A DNA stretch of 36,417 nucleotides from Candidatus Thorarchaeota archaeon (GCA_029210805.1 JARGGA010000003.1:1-36417); one strand, 5' to 3'; shown: positions 9,549 to 19,758, numbered from the stretch's first letter. Numbers and translations are program-made. Notes: generated from the sequence alone by a model not told the origin.

Positions 9549-10745
9549 ATGGGTGCTAGAATACAATACGGACTATTACTATTAATCGTCTTGATGCTTC
9601 CTTCGTTTTCTGTCACTGCTCCAGTAGTATCAGTGAACCAGAGTCGCTTCCATTCATTTGACACGTCACAACTCGAAGAGCATGCACCCATATACATCCA
9701 CAGTAACGAAGCCATACTGGAACAAGCTGCTGAAGAAGGCTGGCCGGGCACAGGAACCGCTGAGGATCCAGTCATAATCGAGGGGTACAAGTTCCGGGTT
9801 GCAAACCACATGATTCGGCTTTCATACACTGATTTGCATGTAGTAATTAGGAACAACGAGTTTGATGGTGTTGCAAGGGTACTTTGTGGCATTGTCCTGG
9901 CTGGCACGAGAAATGTCGTCATAGCAAACAATACCATCCATTTTACAGCGGTGGGGGTTCATCTAATCCGGTGTAATCTTACTACTATCTCAGGCAACGA
10001 AATTTATGATAACCAATGGGATGGGGTCTTTTTCGATTATTTCTGCTATGAGAATACAATTACAGGGAACGAATTCTACAATAATGAAGAAGGTGCACTC
10101 TTTGCGACTGGATACAACTGTAACAACACATTCAGTGACAATATCGTTCATGATAGCATGCACTCAGTTATCCTAGCTACAGGGTCTGATAACAATACAA
10201 TAAGCAACAACAGGATTTTCGATCTTTCTGATGATGGCCTATTCATAGCCACTTCTGGTAACACAATCACTGGAAATTGGATATACAATACTCAAGGTCA
10301 TGGTGTCACCATTGCATCATCCACTCATCAGAATTATGTAGTCGAGAATTGGATTGCCAACAATACAGGTTTTGGAGTGGCAATTAACTCAGCTGACAAT
10401 ACCATTGTTGAATTCAATGATTTTATCGATAACACACTTCCTCAGGCTTGCGACAACGGCACCGAGAATATATTCCACCAAAACTTCTGGAACGATTGGA
10501 CCGCTCGCGATGAGGATTCCAATGGATTCGTTGATCAACCATACTTGGTTTCAGGTACTGGTGGCAATATTGATGTCTCACCTATCGCAACAGCTCATCA
10601 CCTCACTCCTGTATGGTACAATACGACAACTGACCCCGGTCTTGATTTCGATATTGTTCCAATAGTTCTACTCGGTGGGGCCATGGGTGCTGCACTCATT
10701 ATTTTGAAACAACGCAAGTCTGATTATATGAAAGATTTCATCTAA
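9549..10745 (+). CDS. Surface protein with parallel beta-helix (NosD/CASH) repeats
   Basis: HAPIYI...GWPGTGTAEDPVIIEG leader, repeated NTITGN-type turns, signal peptide and C-terminal TM helix. Confidence 0.88.
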   Translation: MGARIQYGLLLLIVLMLPSFSVTAPVVSVNQSRFHSFDTSQLEEHAPIYIHSNEAILEQAAEEGWPGTGTAEDPVIIEGYKFRVANHMIRLSYTDLHVVIRNNEFDGVARVLCGIVLAGTRNVVIANNTIHFTAVGVHLIRCNLTTISGNEIYDNQWDGVFFDYFCYENTITGNEFYNNEEGALFATGYNCNNTFSDNIVHDSMHSVILATGSDNNTISNNRIFDLSDDGLFIATSGNTITGNWIYNTQGHGVTIASSTHQNYVVENWIANNTGFGVAINSADNTIVEFNDFIDNTLPQACDNGTENIFHQNFWNDWTARDEDSNGFVDQPYLVSGTGGNIDVSPIATAHHLTPVWYNTTTDPGLDFDIVPIVLLGGAMGAALIILKQRKSDYMKDFI

Positions 10746-10866
10746 TGTGACAGTTGCGTTTCTGTGAAAAGCCATAAGAATACAAAGCAATTAGTAGCTG
10801 CAGGAGTGGCTCTATATATCCAGAACAAAATCAATCTACAGAAGTGCTGAAGGAAAACAAACCATC

Positions 10867-11697
10867 ATGAAACTCTATGATAGAGCTGTATCCGATTTGG
10901 AAATTGAATATGAGGACCGAATGATCGACACTCGTTTCGGGCACTCGTATGTTATCGTTACAGGTCCGGCTGGAGCCTTTCCTGTTGTTGTTTTGCATGG
11001 AGGGAATGAATACACTCCCAATACTTTACGAAATATCCTCTCGCTTTGTGATAAATTTCGAGTCTATGCCATTGAGACGATAGGACATCCTGGGAAGAGT
11101 GCTGAAACGCGACTCTCTCTAGATGAAGATAGTTATGGAGAATGGTTAGTTGATACGCTTGATGGATTAGATTTGGAATCAGTCAATGTCTTCTGTGGGT
11201 CATATAGTGCGAGTATTGCATTTCGATTGGCAAAGATTGATCCCGGGAGAATCAGCAAGATTGTGCTAGTATCTCCGTCGGGAATTACCAATGGATCAAC
11301 AATCACTTTCCTCAGAAAACTCCTCTTTCCGTGATTGTTCTACAGGATTTCACCTAGCCGGAGCAGATTGCTCAAAACAATTCATCCAATCATATCTGAT
11401 CCTGACGAGGATTTATTGAAATTTCTACAAGCTACTCTTAAACATGTTAAAATCAAAATGCCAACTCCACGCTCTATCACTAAAGACGAGATGCTTTCTC
11501 TTCATGCTCCTGTAATGATATTTTGTCAAAGTAATGACATCCTATACCCTGCAGAAAAGGTAATCTCCCAAGCAAGTGAAATCTTCCAGGATTTGGTTGA
11601 TATTGAATGCTTAGATGGAGTTCATTCGCCAACAAGGGAACAATTTGACTACATTACAGATAGAGTTTCAGTCTTCTTCAAAGCTCAATATGATTGA
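10867..11697 (+). pseudogene. Alpha/beta hydrolase interrupted by one in-frame TGA (11332-11334)
   Basis: VVVLHGG, GHPGKS and nucleophile elbow CGSYS lie in part 1; the catalytic His region DGVH lies in part 2. The two ORFs abut in the same frame. The frame is also open upstream (SIYRSAEGKQTI) with no ATG. Confidence 0.75.
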
Positions 11698-11762
11698 GCG
11701 AGAAAACAGTGAGTATCGCTAGGTTATTAACATCATAGCGCCCCGCCCAACTCAGCGGTAAG

Positions 11763-12602
11763 GTGAACATTGTGACAACACCTGCTCCTCATATCTCAAT
11801 TCCATATCTTCGTGAAGAAGCACTTCCGAGCCCATTTTGCCCAGGCTGCGGCAATGGAACTATCACTAACTCATTCTTGAAGGCTGTACGTGACTTAGGT
11901 CATGAAGACCTTTCCGGGTTTGCCTTCGTATCTGGAATTGGTTGTGGAGCTTGGATTCCTTCTCCCCACTTCAAGGCTGACACACTTCACACAACACATG
12001 GACGTGCTATTGCTTTTGCAACTGGTCTGAAGATGGCCCGTCCTGAACTGAAAGTGGTAGTCATTTCAGGGGATGGTGACCTCTCAACTATCGGAGGAAA
12101 TCACCTCATTCACGCTGCCCGTCGCAATATTGACATGACCGTTATATTAAGCAACAATTACAACTATGGGATGACTGGGGGTCAAGTGAGTGCAACAACT
12201 TTCACTGGGGATACAACTGCGACAACCCCCTATGGCAACCCTGAACGTCCCTTTGATATCGCTCGCTTAGTCGCTGCAGCAGGCGCAAACTACGTAGCAC
12301 GATGGACAACTGCACACCCGAATCAAGCTGCACGAGCCATGAAGACCGCGCTCCAGCGAAAGGGATTCTCATTTGTAGAGATGTTAAGCCAATGTCCTAC
12401 GGCATATGGACGACGAGCAAAGATTGGGAATGCACAGAAATTCCTTGAGTGGTTCAAGGCTCTTCCTGTAAGAAAACCAGACGACCCACTTACCTACACG
12501 GTACCAACACATGACGGAATTGACCTTGGTGTGTTTGTTGACCGCGAGGAAATCGGATTTGTAGAGTCAATGCAGAACATGGTCAGGAATATCCCGGAGT
12601 GA
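11763..12602 (+). CDS. korB: 2-oxoacid:ferredoxin oxidoreductase beta subunit
   Basis: FCPGCG, SGIGC, HGRA, and TPP motif GDGD...NNYNYGMTGGQ. Substrate specificity not determined. Confidence 0.9.
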   Translation: MNIVTTPAPHISIPYLREEALPSPFCPGCGNGTITNSFLKAVRDLGHEDLSGFAFVSGIGCGAWIPSPHFKADTLHTTHGRAIAFATGLKMARPELKVVVISGDGDLSTIGGNHLIHAARRNIDMTVILSNNYNYGMTGGQVSATTFTGDTTATTPYGNPERPFDIARLVAAAGANYVARWTTAHPNQAARAMKTALQRKGFSFVEMLSQCPTAYGRRAKIGNAQKFLEWFKALPVRKPDDPLTYTVPTHDGIDLGVFVDREEIGFVESMQNMVRNIPE

Positions 12603-13132
12603 GTTACATGAGGAACGAGATTCGCATTGCAGGTACCGGTGGAATGGGCGTTGTTCTAGCTGGAGTCATCATGGGTAATGCAGCAATTCACGCAGGGCTA
12701 AATGTGGTACAGAGTCAGAGCTATGGCTCAGAAGCTCGAGGCACCGCTGCAAAAAGTGAGATCATAGTTAGTGATGGTGATATCCACTATCCCAAGGTCA
12801 GAAAATCAGACATCTTTGTTGTCATGAGTCAGAAGGCACTTGAGATGTATCTAGAAGATGCTAAAGAGAACAGCATTCTGATTATTGATCCTGATCTTGT
12901 TGATGTTTCAGGGATTGATCCTGGGTTCAAGGTCATCAAAGTACCAGCAATGCAAACTGCAGATGATATGGGCCTGCGATTAGTATCCAACATGGTGATG
13001 TTAGGTGCTCTGGCTAAAACAATCGAGATGATATCGATGGATGCACTTGAGAAAGCAGTAACCAGCGCAGTATCCGAAAAATATCTTGAGATCAACATGA
13101 AGGCTGTCAAGGCCGGGGCTGACTTTGTCTAA
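12599..13132 (+). CDS. korC: 2-oxoacid:ferredoxin oxidoreductase gamma subunit
   Basis: EIRIAGTGGMG, QSYGSEARG and NMVMLGA; overlaps the korB stop. Confidence 0.9.
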   Translation: MSYMRNEIRIAGTGGMGVVLAGVIMGNAAIHAGLNVVQSQSYGSEARGTAAKSEIIVSDGDIHYPKVRKSDIFVVMSQKALEMYLEDAKENSILIIDPDLVDVSGIDPGFKVIKVPAMQTADDMGLRLVSNMVMLGALAKTIEMISMDALEKAVTSAVSEKYLEINMKAVKAGADFV

Positions 13133-13407
13133 CCACCATGAACTAATGGAAGAATTATCAATTCATCGCCATCATCAAGCTTTGTTTCCAATCCATCAAA
13201 CAATCCTATGTCTGCATCGTTTCGGAGTAAGAGCGTATCCCTGTCCATCTGTTCTGAAGACGTCCACACATCTCTTACTTCTTCGTGTTCCCTGATGAGA
13301 TTGATCAGTACATCATTCAAGGTCGCATTATTGTCTGCTTTGATTTCATAGATATCTGATGACATTCTCGCCGCTATTGGACCCCGAAATCGGACCTTTA
13401 CTATCAT
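13129..13407 (-). CDS. Ubiquitin-like MoaD/ThiS/SAMP protein, Urm1-like
   Basis: Beta-grasp size; LETKLDDGDELIILPLVHGG ends in a C-terminal GG. Confidence 0.9.
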   Translation of the reverse strand: MIVKVRFRGPIAARMSSDIYEIKADNNATLNDVLINLIREHEEVRDVWTSSEQMDRDTLLLRNDADIGLFDGLETKLDDGDELIILPLVHGG

Positions 13408-13544
13408 CTTGCTCAGGCATTGCTCATCTGAATCAATGATAAAGTCAACGGAGTGGCCTCATTTTATTGGCGTACTACACAAACCTAATAGCCAAACATA
13501 AATTTTCGATAATTCCTTCTATCAATAACTAGGAAGTATCAGAG

Positions 13545-14996
13545 ATGACGCTGTTAGCCAGACTTTTCGGACTAGAGAACGCAACAGAGTCCGGACTCCG
13601 TCTAGCTAAAATAATGGCTGTAGTTTTACCCCTTTTTGCAGCAACCTTTCAGATTTCCACTACATTCTGGATCATTTTCATTTCCGAATCTCTAGGTAGT
13701 GGTAACTATCTCGATGGTCTAGTCTTTGTTGGTGTTCTTACCGTCATCCAGTTTGGAGTTCAGGTGCTACTTGATTATCCGACAGGCGCACTAGGCGATC
13801 ACATCGGACAACGCTATGTAATTTCATCCGCACTTCTCTGTTATGCGGTAGCATTCTGGCTTACCGCGACACTGACCTTTGACACTCCCTTCTTTGTCTA
13901 CGTCGTGATTTTTGCTCTGATGGGTCTTGGTTCTTCACAAGAGAGTGGTGCATTCCATGCCTGGTTTGACAATAACTACCGTGTTGTCATGCCTGAGGAT
14001 AAAGATCGCAAGCAATACGGAGTATTTTGGGGCAAGGTAGGGATGCTATGGCAGGTATCCTCACTTGCGGTCATATTGCCCGGGAGTATCCTAGCGACAA
14101 TATTCTTCCGTGAAACTGTATTCATCATCCAAGCATTGTCATGTGTAGGCCTAGCCATAGTCGTAATGATAGTAATCAAAGATTTACCTGGAGCAAGAGA
14201 TGAAACCGAACCAAGGTCCGTGCAACAATATGGTGGTCTTCTCAAGGATGGAGTGAAGTTTCTCTTTTCATCTCGATTTGTTGCACTTCTCTTGTTAGGT
14301 GAGGTTGTAATCTGGAGTATGGGTACCGTATGGTGGAATATTGTGCTATTTCCGCTCTACTTTGCATACTTATTCAATGACATTGCAGTGTCCTCGTACC
14401 GCACACTCGTCTTCGTTCCAGAAGCAGTAGCTCAAGAACGGAGTGGAATATGGGCAAAGCGATTCGATCCGGTCAAGTGGACTCCGCGATTCAGATTCCT
14501 GCAGTTCTTGGGATTTGGGTTCAACATCGTCATTGCATTGATAATCTTTGCATTCTCCCCACCACTTGATGCTGCCAATATGGTTGGTTTGTTCATTCCT
14601 TTCACAGATATTGCCATAATTGAGATGCCTGGTGCATCAGTCGCGCCCATGGTTCTAATATTCATCCTCTTCATCATAACCGATGCATTTGGATCATTGG
14701 CTGGCATTCTGACTCAGCGTGTGATGCTTGATGTAGTTCCAAATAAGATACGCAACAGTGTCTACTCTCTACAACCTACTTTGACTCTGTTGTTAGCTAT
14801 GCCTTTTGTAGCATTCTTTGGCTGGCTGCTTCCTCTCCATGGATTTCCTGTCACATTTGGTCTGATGTCTATCGTGGCCCTAGTGGGGACTATCATGATA
14901 GTAGCAGGATTCAGGAACCCTATCCCGAAAATCGAAACTATCGCCCCCGCTACTCAGGAAGCAATTGAGATAGTAGGGGAGATGGAAGCTACCTGA
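13545..14996 (+). CDS. MFS transporter
   Basis: About 12 TM helices; motif A DYPTGALGDHIGQR; SGAFHAW. Confidence 0.9.
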   Translation: MTLLARLFGLENATESGLRLAKIMAVVLPLFAATFQISTTFWIIFISESLGSGNYLDGLVFVGVLTVIQFGVQVLLDYPTGALGDHIGQRYVISSALLCYAVAFWLTATLTFDTPFFVYVVIFALMGLGSSQESGAFHAWFDNNYRVVMPEDKDRKQYGVFWGKVGMLWQVSSLAVILPGSILATIFFRETVFIIQALSCVGLAIVVMIVIKDLPGARDETEPRSVQQYGGLLKDGVKFLFSSRFVALLLLGEVVIWSMGTVWWNIVLFPLYFAYLFNDIAVSSYRTLVFVPEAVAQERSGIWAKRFDPVKWTPRFRFLQFLGFGFNIVIALIIFAFSPPLDAANMVGLFIPFTDIAIIEMPGASVAPMVLIFILFIITDAFGSLAGILTQRVMLDVVPNKIRNSVYSLQPTLTLLLAMPFVAFFGWLLPLHGFPVTFGLMSIVALVGTIMIVAGFRNPIPKIETIAPATQEAIEIVGEMEAT

Positions 14997-15953
14997 TTAG
15001 AGTTCCAATGACTGTTTCAATACCTCGACATTTAGCTCTCCTGCTTCGTAAACTTCATCGTTGGTGATGTCTTTGATAGTGACCTTGGCTGGACTGAAGA
15101 GAAGAGGGTCAACCTTGTAGAAATCGAAATCAAAGCTCTTGAATAGCTTGTAGAAAGGTTGTCCATACTGCTCTGAGTTTGAAGAAGGTGCGTCTTGTGT
15201 CAGCTTCTTCAAGTCATCTCCTTCGTCAGGTCGAATATCATAGTAGGTGGAACCTGCATACAGAATACAGTCGTTTGTAGCACCCATCATCTTGTTATCC
15301 TTCGTACTCACCATCGGCGCAATTGGAGCCACACCATGACCTCTTCTTATCTTCCTTACATCGAAACCAAGTTCATGTAGCTTGTGTGCACCGACCTCAA
15401 CAACCCTAGCTGATATCTGAATCGACCCTGCCAAACAAGCAGTTGGTGCAACTATGAGGTAGAGGTCCTTTGTTTCTATACCACATTTTCCAGCAATGTA
15501 CTCTATCACATTATCAGGTGGAGGAGTCCTTGTTTCAAGAAGCAGTACTCCTACCTTTGCATCATCTTTGTATTCTAGCTCTTTGTAGATTTTCTCTTTT
15601 GCATAGAGTGCCCTTGCAGGTCCAGATCCCATGGCAAAGTACCCATCCTCGTTTATGATCCAACCAGCATACTGCGACCCCATAGTCGAGATTGCAGGCT
15701 CATCAGTTGAAACAATCACAGAGGGGAGCGTAACATCTCCAATTGTGACCTCAGACAGTTTGACAACACCATACCCACCCAGACAGACCTCGCCTAGTAG
15801 CCTTCCAAGTTCATCTGTGCCAGTAACTTCTATTCCAGCATCAATGATAGTAGCTCCATTCCCTGATTTTGTCACTGTACAGTCGAGTTTCTCTGCGTTG
15901 TTCATCATCTCTTCTACAATCTCAAGTCCTTTCTCGTTCACACTAATTGTCAT
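14997..15953 (-). CDS. mch: Methenyl-H4MPT cyclohydrolase
   Basis: GSQYAGW, YFAMGSGPARAL, QISARVVE and DFYKVDPLLFSPA. Confidence 0.96.
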   Translation of the reverse strand: MTISVNEKGLEIVEEMMNNAEKLDCTVTKSGNGATIIDAGIEVTGTDELGRLLGEVCLGGYGVVKLSEVTIGDVTLPSVIVSTDEPAISTMGSQYAGWIINEDGYFAMGSGPARALYAKEKIYKELEYKDDAKVGVLLLETRTPPPDNVIEYIAGKCGIETKDLYLIVAPTACLAGSIQISARVVEVGAHKLHELGFDVRKIRRGHGVAPIAPMVSTKDNKMMGATNDCILYAGSTYYDIRPDEGDDLKKLTQDAPSSNSEQYGQPFYKLFKSFDFDFYKVDPLLFSPAKVTIKDITNDEVYEAGELNVEVLKQSLEL

Positions 15954-15963
15954 AGAATATCCC

Positions 15964-16818
15964 CTAGGATTCATGTTCCATCATTTTTGCACGCACATAG
16001 ATCTCTTCTCTGGGGTCTCCCTCAGCAAAGTCTCCCATGTACTTGACCCATTTCTCAGAGGAAGGTATCTCCTCCGAAATGAAGTCTGGTCTTCGTGATT
16101 TTACATACCGGATGAAATAATTCGTGAATTCTCTCTCAGAAGTTCCACTTGGTAGGTATGTTGGAATGAGTGAATCTATCTTGCCGAGTACAATTATCAT
16201 TCCTTTTTTCGCAGATACGCCAGGTCTCTCAGCAAGGTTTCCACAGACAACGATAGTACCCCCTTGCATTTTTGCCGCTGCAAGTTCGCCTACATTCCCT
16301 TTCACCGCAAGGAAACCCTTACGCATCTGAGATGCTGCTTCCCTTCCTACATTTCCTGCAACATAGACCCGACCACCCATCATTCCTTCGAGGCTACCGC
16401 GATAACCAGCGCAGATCCTGTCAGCCGCATCCCCTTCTATCTGGATGTTTCCTCCCACCATCTCTGCAGCAGCCCAGGCATCAACAGAACCTTTCACGTG
16501 TATCCTGCCTGCAATCATTTCTGCACCAAGATACATGCCCACATCACCATTGACGGTGATTTTGCCCCCGTTCATGCCCTTTCCAATCATCTTCACTTTC
16601 TTGAGGTCACCTTCCACAACAATCTCGGTATCATCAGGAGTTTCTCCTGCTTCGCCATTGATGTCGAAAAAGTCCTTCAGTTCAAGCATCTGATTCCCTT
16701 GAAGGACTGGAAGTTTCCCGATCTCTTCCAGACTCTTGCCTGCAAAGTGACTGGGTGTGACTGTGTCCGCCTCAATAGGCAAGTCAAGCTCGGTTTTTAG
16801 AGTAAGATTCACAGTCAT
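15964..16818 (-). CDS. fwdC: Formylmethanofuran dehydrogenase subunit C
   Basis: PIEADTVTP, GXGXG beta-helix repeats (MNGGKITVNGDVG) and AGYRG. Confidence 0.95.
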   Translation of the reverse strand: MTVNLTLKTELDLPIEADTVTPSHFAGKSLEEIGKLPVLQGNQMLELKDFFDINGEAGETPDDTEIVVEGDLKKVKMIGKGMNGGKITVNGDVGMYLGAEMIAGRIHVKGSVDAWAAAEMVGGNIQIEGDAADRICAGYRGSLEGMMGGRVYVAGNVGREAASQMRKGFLAVKGNVGELAAAKMQGGTIVVCGNLAERPGVSAKKGMIIVLGKIDSLIPTYLPSGTSEREFTNYFIRYVKSRRPDFISEEIPSSEKWVKYMGDFAEGDPREEIYVRAKMMEHES

Positions 16819-17043
16819 ATGCCTAACCAACTCAAAGAATTCTGATTACTACCCCACCTCATAAATACTATGCAAAACCTCTCTCTTACAATTGTGAGTG
16901 AACTGGAAGAAACTTCTGTGCACTGTCCCGTCCAAGGTATGTACCCTTCTCGCAATCCCGAAGACGAAATCAAGTTACTCCACCTCTAAGAAATCTCTTG
17001 TATTCTATTGAATTGAAGGTGCGATTGTTTGAGTAGTAGGGTG

Positions 17044-18201
17044 TCATGTTTTCCGTCGTCTATAATATCCAAGTCCAACTATAACAATCACTCCGATAGA
17101 TGAAACAATTATCAAAAAGACGGGGTCAGTAATCCCCATCCAGAGGCGACACTCAAGGAGATTTCCTTGCGTGGTCCGTAAAATGATGCCCTCGCTACCC
17201 ACTGCCCAACCATGGGTTTGATTGGTGAAGTCCACTGACATCAATCTGCCAGTGACTTCCTCAGAAACTGACTGCTCATACCACGTGTTTCCACCATCAG
17301 GTGTGTACATGATGGGGATTTGGTCACCAACAATCCATCCATGAGTGTCATCCAGAAAGAAGATATCGGAGAGATACGGAGGAGTATGTCTAGGCAAAGG
17401 AGCGCGGTTTGGAACAGGTAGATTAATCCATGTCGTGTAGTCCTCCGAGTACATGAGTTCGTTGTCTGCCACCGCCAATGATTTGCCATTGTCTAGAGCA
17501 ACCAGACTCCACCCACCATAGTCATGGACCTGTTCCCAGGCTTCTGCAAGATCCTCGCTATAATAGATTCCAAACCATCCTATGGCAAGTACCCTAGAGT
17601 CATCTATGAACTCAATGTATCGAGGAAGATCATCCTCAAAGTCCCATCCTGGTACAGCACTCCATGTCAGTCCACCATCAGTGGTCTTGTACAATGTTTC
17701 CATGGTAGCGGTCCAGCCATGGGTCTGATTAAAGAATTCCACCAAGCTATAACTTGCTTGGACAGAGGCAGGTTCAGAAATAAACCAGTCTGAATCACTA
17801 TTATTCGTAAAAAAGAGCTTTTCTTTACCGGTAATCCACACTGTTTGATCATCGACTATCTCAAGGTCTACAACATATTGATCATATTCCTCTAACTGCT
17901 CTGTCCAAGTATCCCCCCCATTTTCAGTGTGCAGAACTATTAAGATATCAGGACCATTCTGCTCTATGAAACCAGTAGTCCATCCATGAGTATAATTAAG
18001 AAAGCCCACATCTCGAAAAACCGCTTCATCGTACCCTGAATTGAGATGTTCCCAGACCAAAGGCGAATCTGGATGTCCAGCAGTACCTGTGTGAGCCTGC
18101 ACCTGCAGAACACCCTTAAAAGACATCATAAGTAGTAGAGTCAAGACCAACATAAAACGTGCTCTTTGGAGTAATCCCACTCGAACCAACCTACTTCTCA
18201 T
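17044..18201 (-). CDS. YCF48/BNR (Asp-box) beta-propeller surface protein, paralog 1
   Basis: Repeated TxDGGxTW and FxNxTHGW blades; signal peptide; C-terminal TM helix followed by RRRKT. Confidence 0.88.
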   Translation of the reverse strand: MRSRLVRVGLLQRARFMLVLTLLLMMSFKGVLQVQAHTGTAGHPDSPLVWEHLNSGYDEAVFRDVGFLNYTHGWTTGFIEQNGPDILIVLHTENGGDTWTEQLEEYDQYVVDLEIVDDQTVWITGKEKLFFTNNSDSDWFISEPASVQASYSLVEFFNQTHGWTATMETLYKTTDGGLTWSAVPGWDFEDDLPRYIEFIDDSRVLAIGWFGIYYSEDLAEAWEQVHDYGGWSLVALDNGKSLAVADNELMYSEDYTTWINLPVPNRAPLPRHTPPYLSDIFFLDDTHGWIVGDQIPIMYTPDGGNTWYEQSVSEEVTGRLMSVDFTNQTHGWAVGSEGIILRTTQGNLLECRLWMGITDPVFLIIVSSIGVIVIVGLGYYRRRKT

Positions 18202-18240
18202 CCTGTATCGTAGAAAATCTGCCTTAGCCCAGTTATTTTT

Positions 18241-18324
18241 CTAGTCAGGCAGGCCACCACCACCAGGAAGTGTCACGTATGCAACAATAATTACTAGAAA
18301 GGCTGTGAAATCCCTTTTTCTCAT
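18241..18324 (-). CDS. Unannotated 27-aa ORF MRKRDFTAFLVIIVAYVTLPGGGGLPD (secreted peptide or internally deleted gene)
   Basis: Translated by hand. ATG at 18324 has GAGGGA upstream and TAG is at 18241-18243. The N-terminus is signal-like and the C-terminus matches ORF 24850-25098. Confidence 0.6.
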   Translation of the reverse strand: MRKRDFTAFLVIIVAYVTLPGGGGLPD

Positions 18325-18715
18325 TCTTCGTCCCTCATGCCATAGATTCGCCTGAAATGTATTCCGCCCTTAGCATATTTCTTGATGAGAACCTATCAAT
18401 TACGAATGCAATCTCCTAGCTATATTTGCTTCAATTCAGGGAGTTTGCAACATTTAATCTACTTCAAATTTAATAAATTAGATGTTTCAAGGAGTAATAA
18501 AGAGCATTTTCAGAAACCAATTACTAAAATTCGGAAAGTCATTTTGGAAGAGATGACTCTTTTTGTGAAATCGGTACGGCATCACTTGATACACTCGGAC
18601 TTTCTACACAAGGTAAATGTGTTATGAAGATATACAATACTATGCATTTTATGGGAAGGCGGAACAAAGAAATGGTGGGAGTGTAATCATTTGAGCTTGG
18701 TTAAGGTGGATAATT

Positions 18716-19612
18716 TTGGAGATTAACGGTATACCCATCGAGGACACATTTGCTGAAGCCTTCAGCATGCACATGAATCGTACCATTATTACAGCATATA
18801 GTGAGGAATGGGCTCGTGTGACTGCTGCTGAAACCACTGGATTTGGGACATCGGTCATTATGGCACCTGCAGAGGCAGGTATAGAGTATGTCATGAAGGA
18901 AAGCGAAACTCCCGATGGCAGGCCAGGTGTTAGAGTGATATTTGCCACTGGTAAGGACTCTGATCTTGAGAAACAGTTGCTAGCTAGACTTGGACAGTGC
19001 GTTCTGACAAGCCCAACTGCCTGCGCGTATGACGACACTCCAAATGCCAAAGAGACCTACCGTGTTGGAAAATTGATTTCGATGTTTGGCGATGGTCACC
19101 AGATAAAGAAGGGTCCTTTAGATGGCAGAGTTTTATGGATGTTACCAAGGATGAGTGGCACATTCGTCATTCAGGAGAGCTTTGGAAGGGTTAAAGGAGT
19201 AGCGGGTGGAAATGTGATATATTCGTGCCGCGACATCAAAGCAGGAATGGACAGTGGTATGGCAGCTGTCAAGGCAATCGAAAAGGTCGAGGGTGCCTAT
19301 ACGCCATTCCCCGGCGGGCTTGTAGGCTCCGGATCAAAGCCATCGTCAAGATACAAGGGTATGTTCGCGTCAACTAACGAGAGGTACTGTCCATCATTGC
19401 GTGCCATGGTACCTGATACCTTTGTGCCCGAAGGGGCTGAATTCGTTCAAGAGATTGTTATCAATGGTCTTACTGAGGAAGCAGTTGCCGAAGCAACCAA
19501 GGTGGCGATTCAGGAAGTTTGTAAGTTCGATGGCGTTATGAAAGTAAGCGCGGGCAACTACGGCGGAAAACTAGGCAAGTTCCAGATACATTTGCATCAA
19601 CTCGGACTATAG
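18716..19612 (+). CDS. ftr: Formylmethanofuran:H4MPT formyltransferase
   Basis: IEDTFAEAF, TPDGRPG, GQCVLTSPT, GVAGGN and SAGNYGGKLG. Confidence 0.97.
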   Translation: MEINGIPIEDTFAEAFSMHMNRTIITAYSEEWARVTAAETTGFGTSVIMAPAEAGIEYVMKESETPDGRPGVRVIFATGKDSDLEKQLLARLGQCVLTSPTACAYDDTPNAKETYRVGKLISMFGDGHQIKKGPLDGRVLWMLPRMSGTFVIQESFGRVKGVAGGNVIYSCRDIKAGMDSGMAAVKAIEKVEGAYTPFPGGLVGSGSKPSSRYKGMFASTNERYCPSLRAMVPDTFVPEGAEFVQEIVINGLTEEAVAEATKVAIQEVCKFDGVMKVSAGNYGGKLGKFQIHLHQLGL

Positions 19613-19681
19613 TCTGGATATGAATCTGGTGCATCTTCGAAACCTTTATCTCGAAAAACCAAACGCACTCCGAATGCTGAT

Positions 19682-19758
19682 GCCCCAGTAGCTCAGCTGG
19701 TTAGATCGCATCCTTGGTAAGGATGAGGCCGCGAGTTCGAATCTCGCCTGGGGCTCCA
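19682..19758 (+). tRNA. tRNA-Thr(GGT), CCA encoded
   Basis: Acceptor GCCCCAG/CTGGGGC, anticodon arm CATCC-TTGGTAA-GGATG, T arm GCGAG-TTCGAAT-CTCGC. Confidence 0.95.

Noticed and set aside
18382-18627. 81-aa ORF in the AT-rich gap
   Set aside because: TTG start, no motif and low-complexity composition; probably non-coding.
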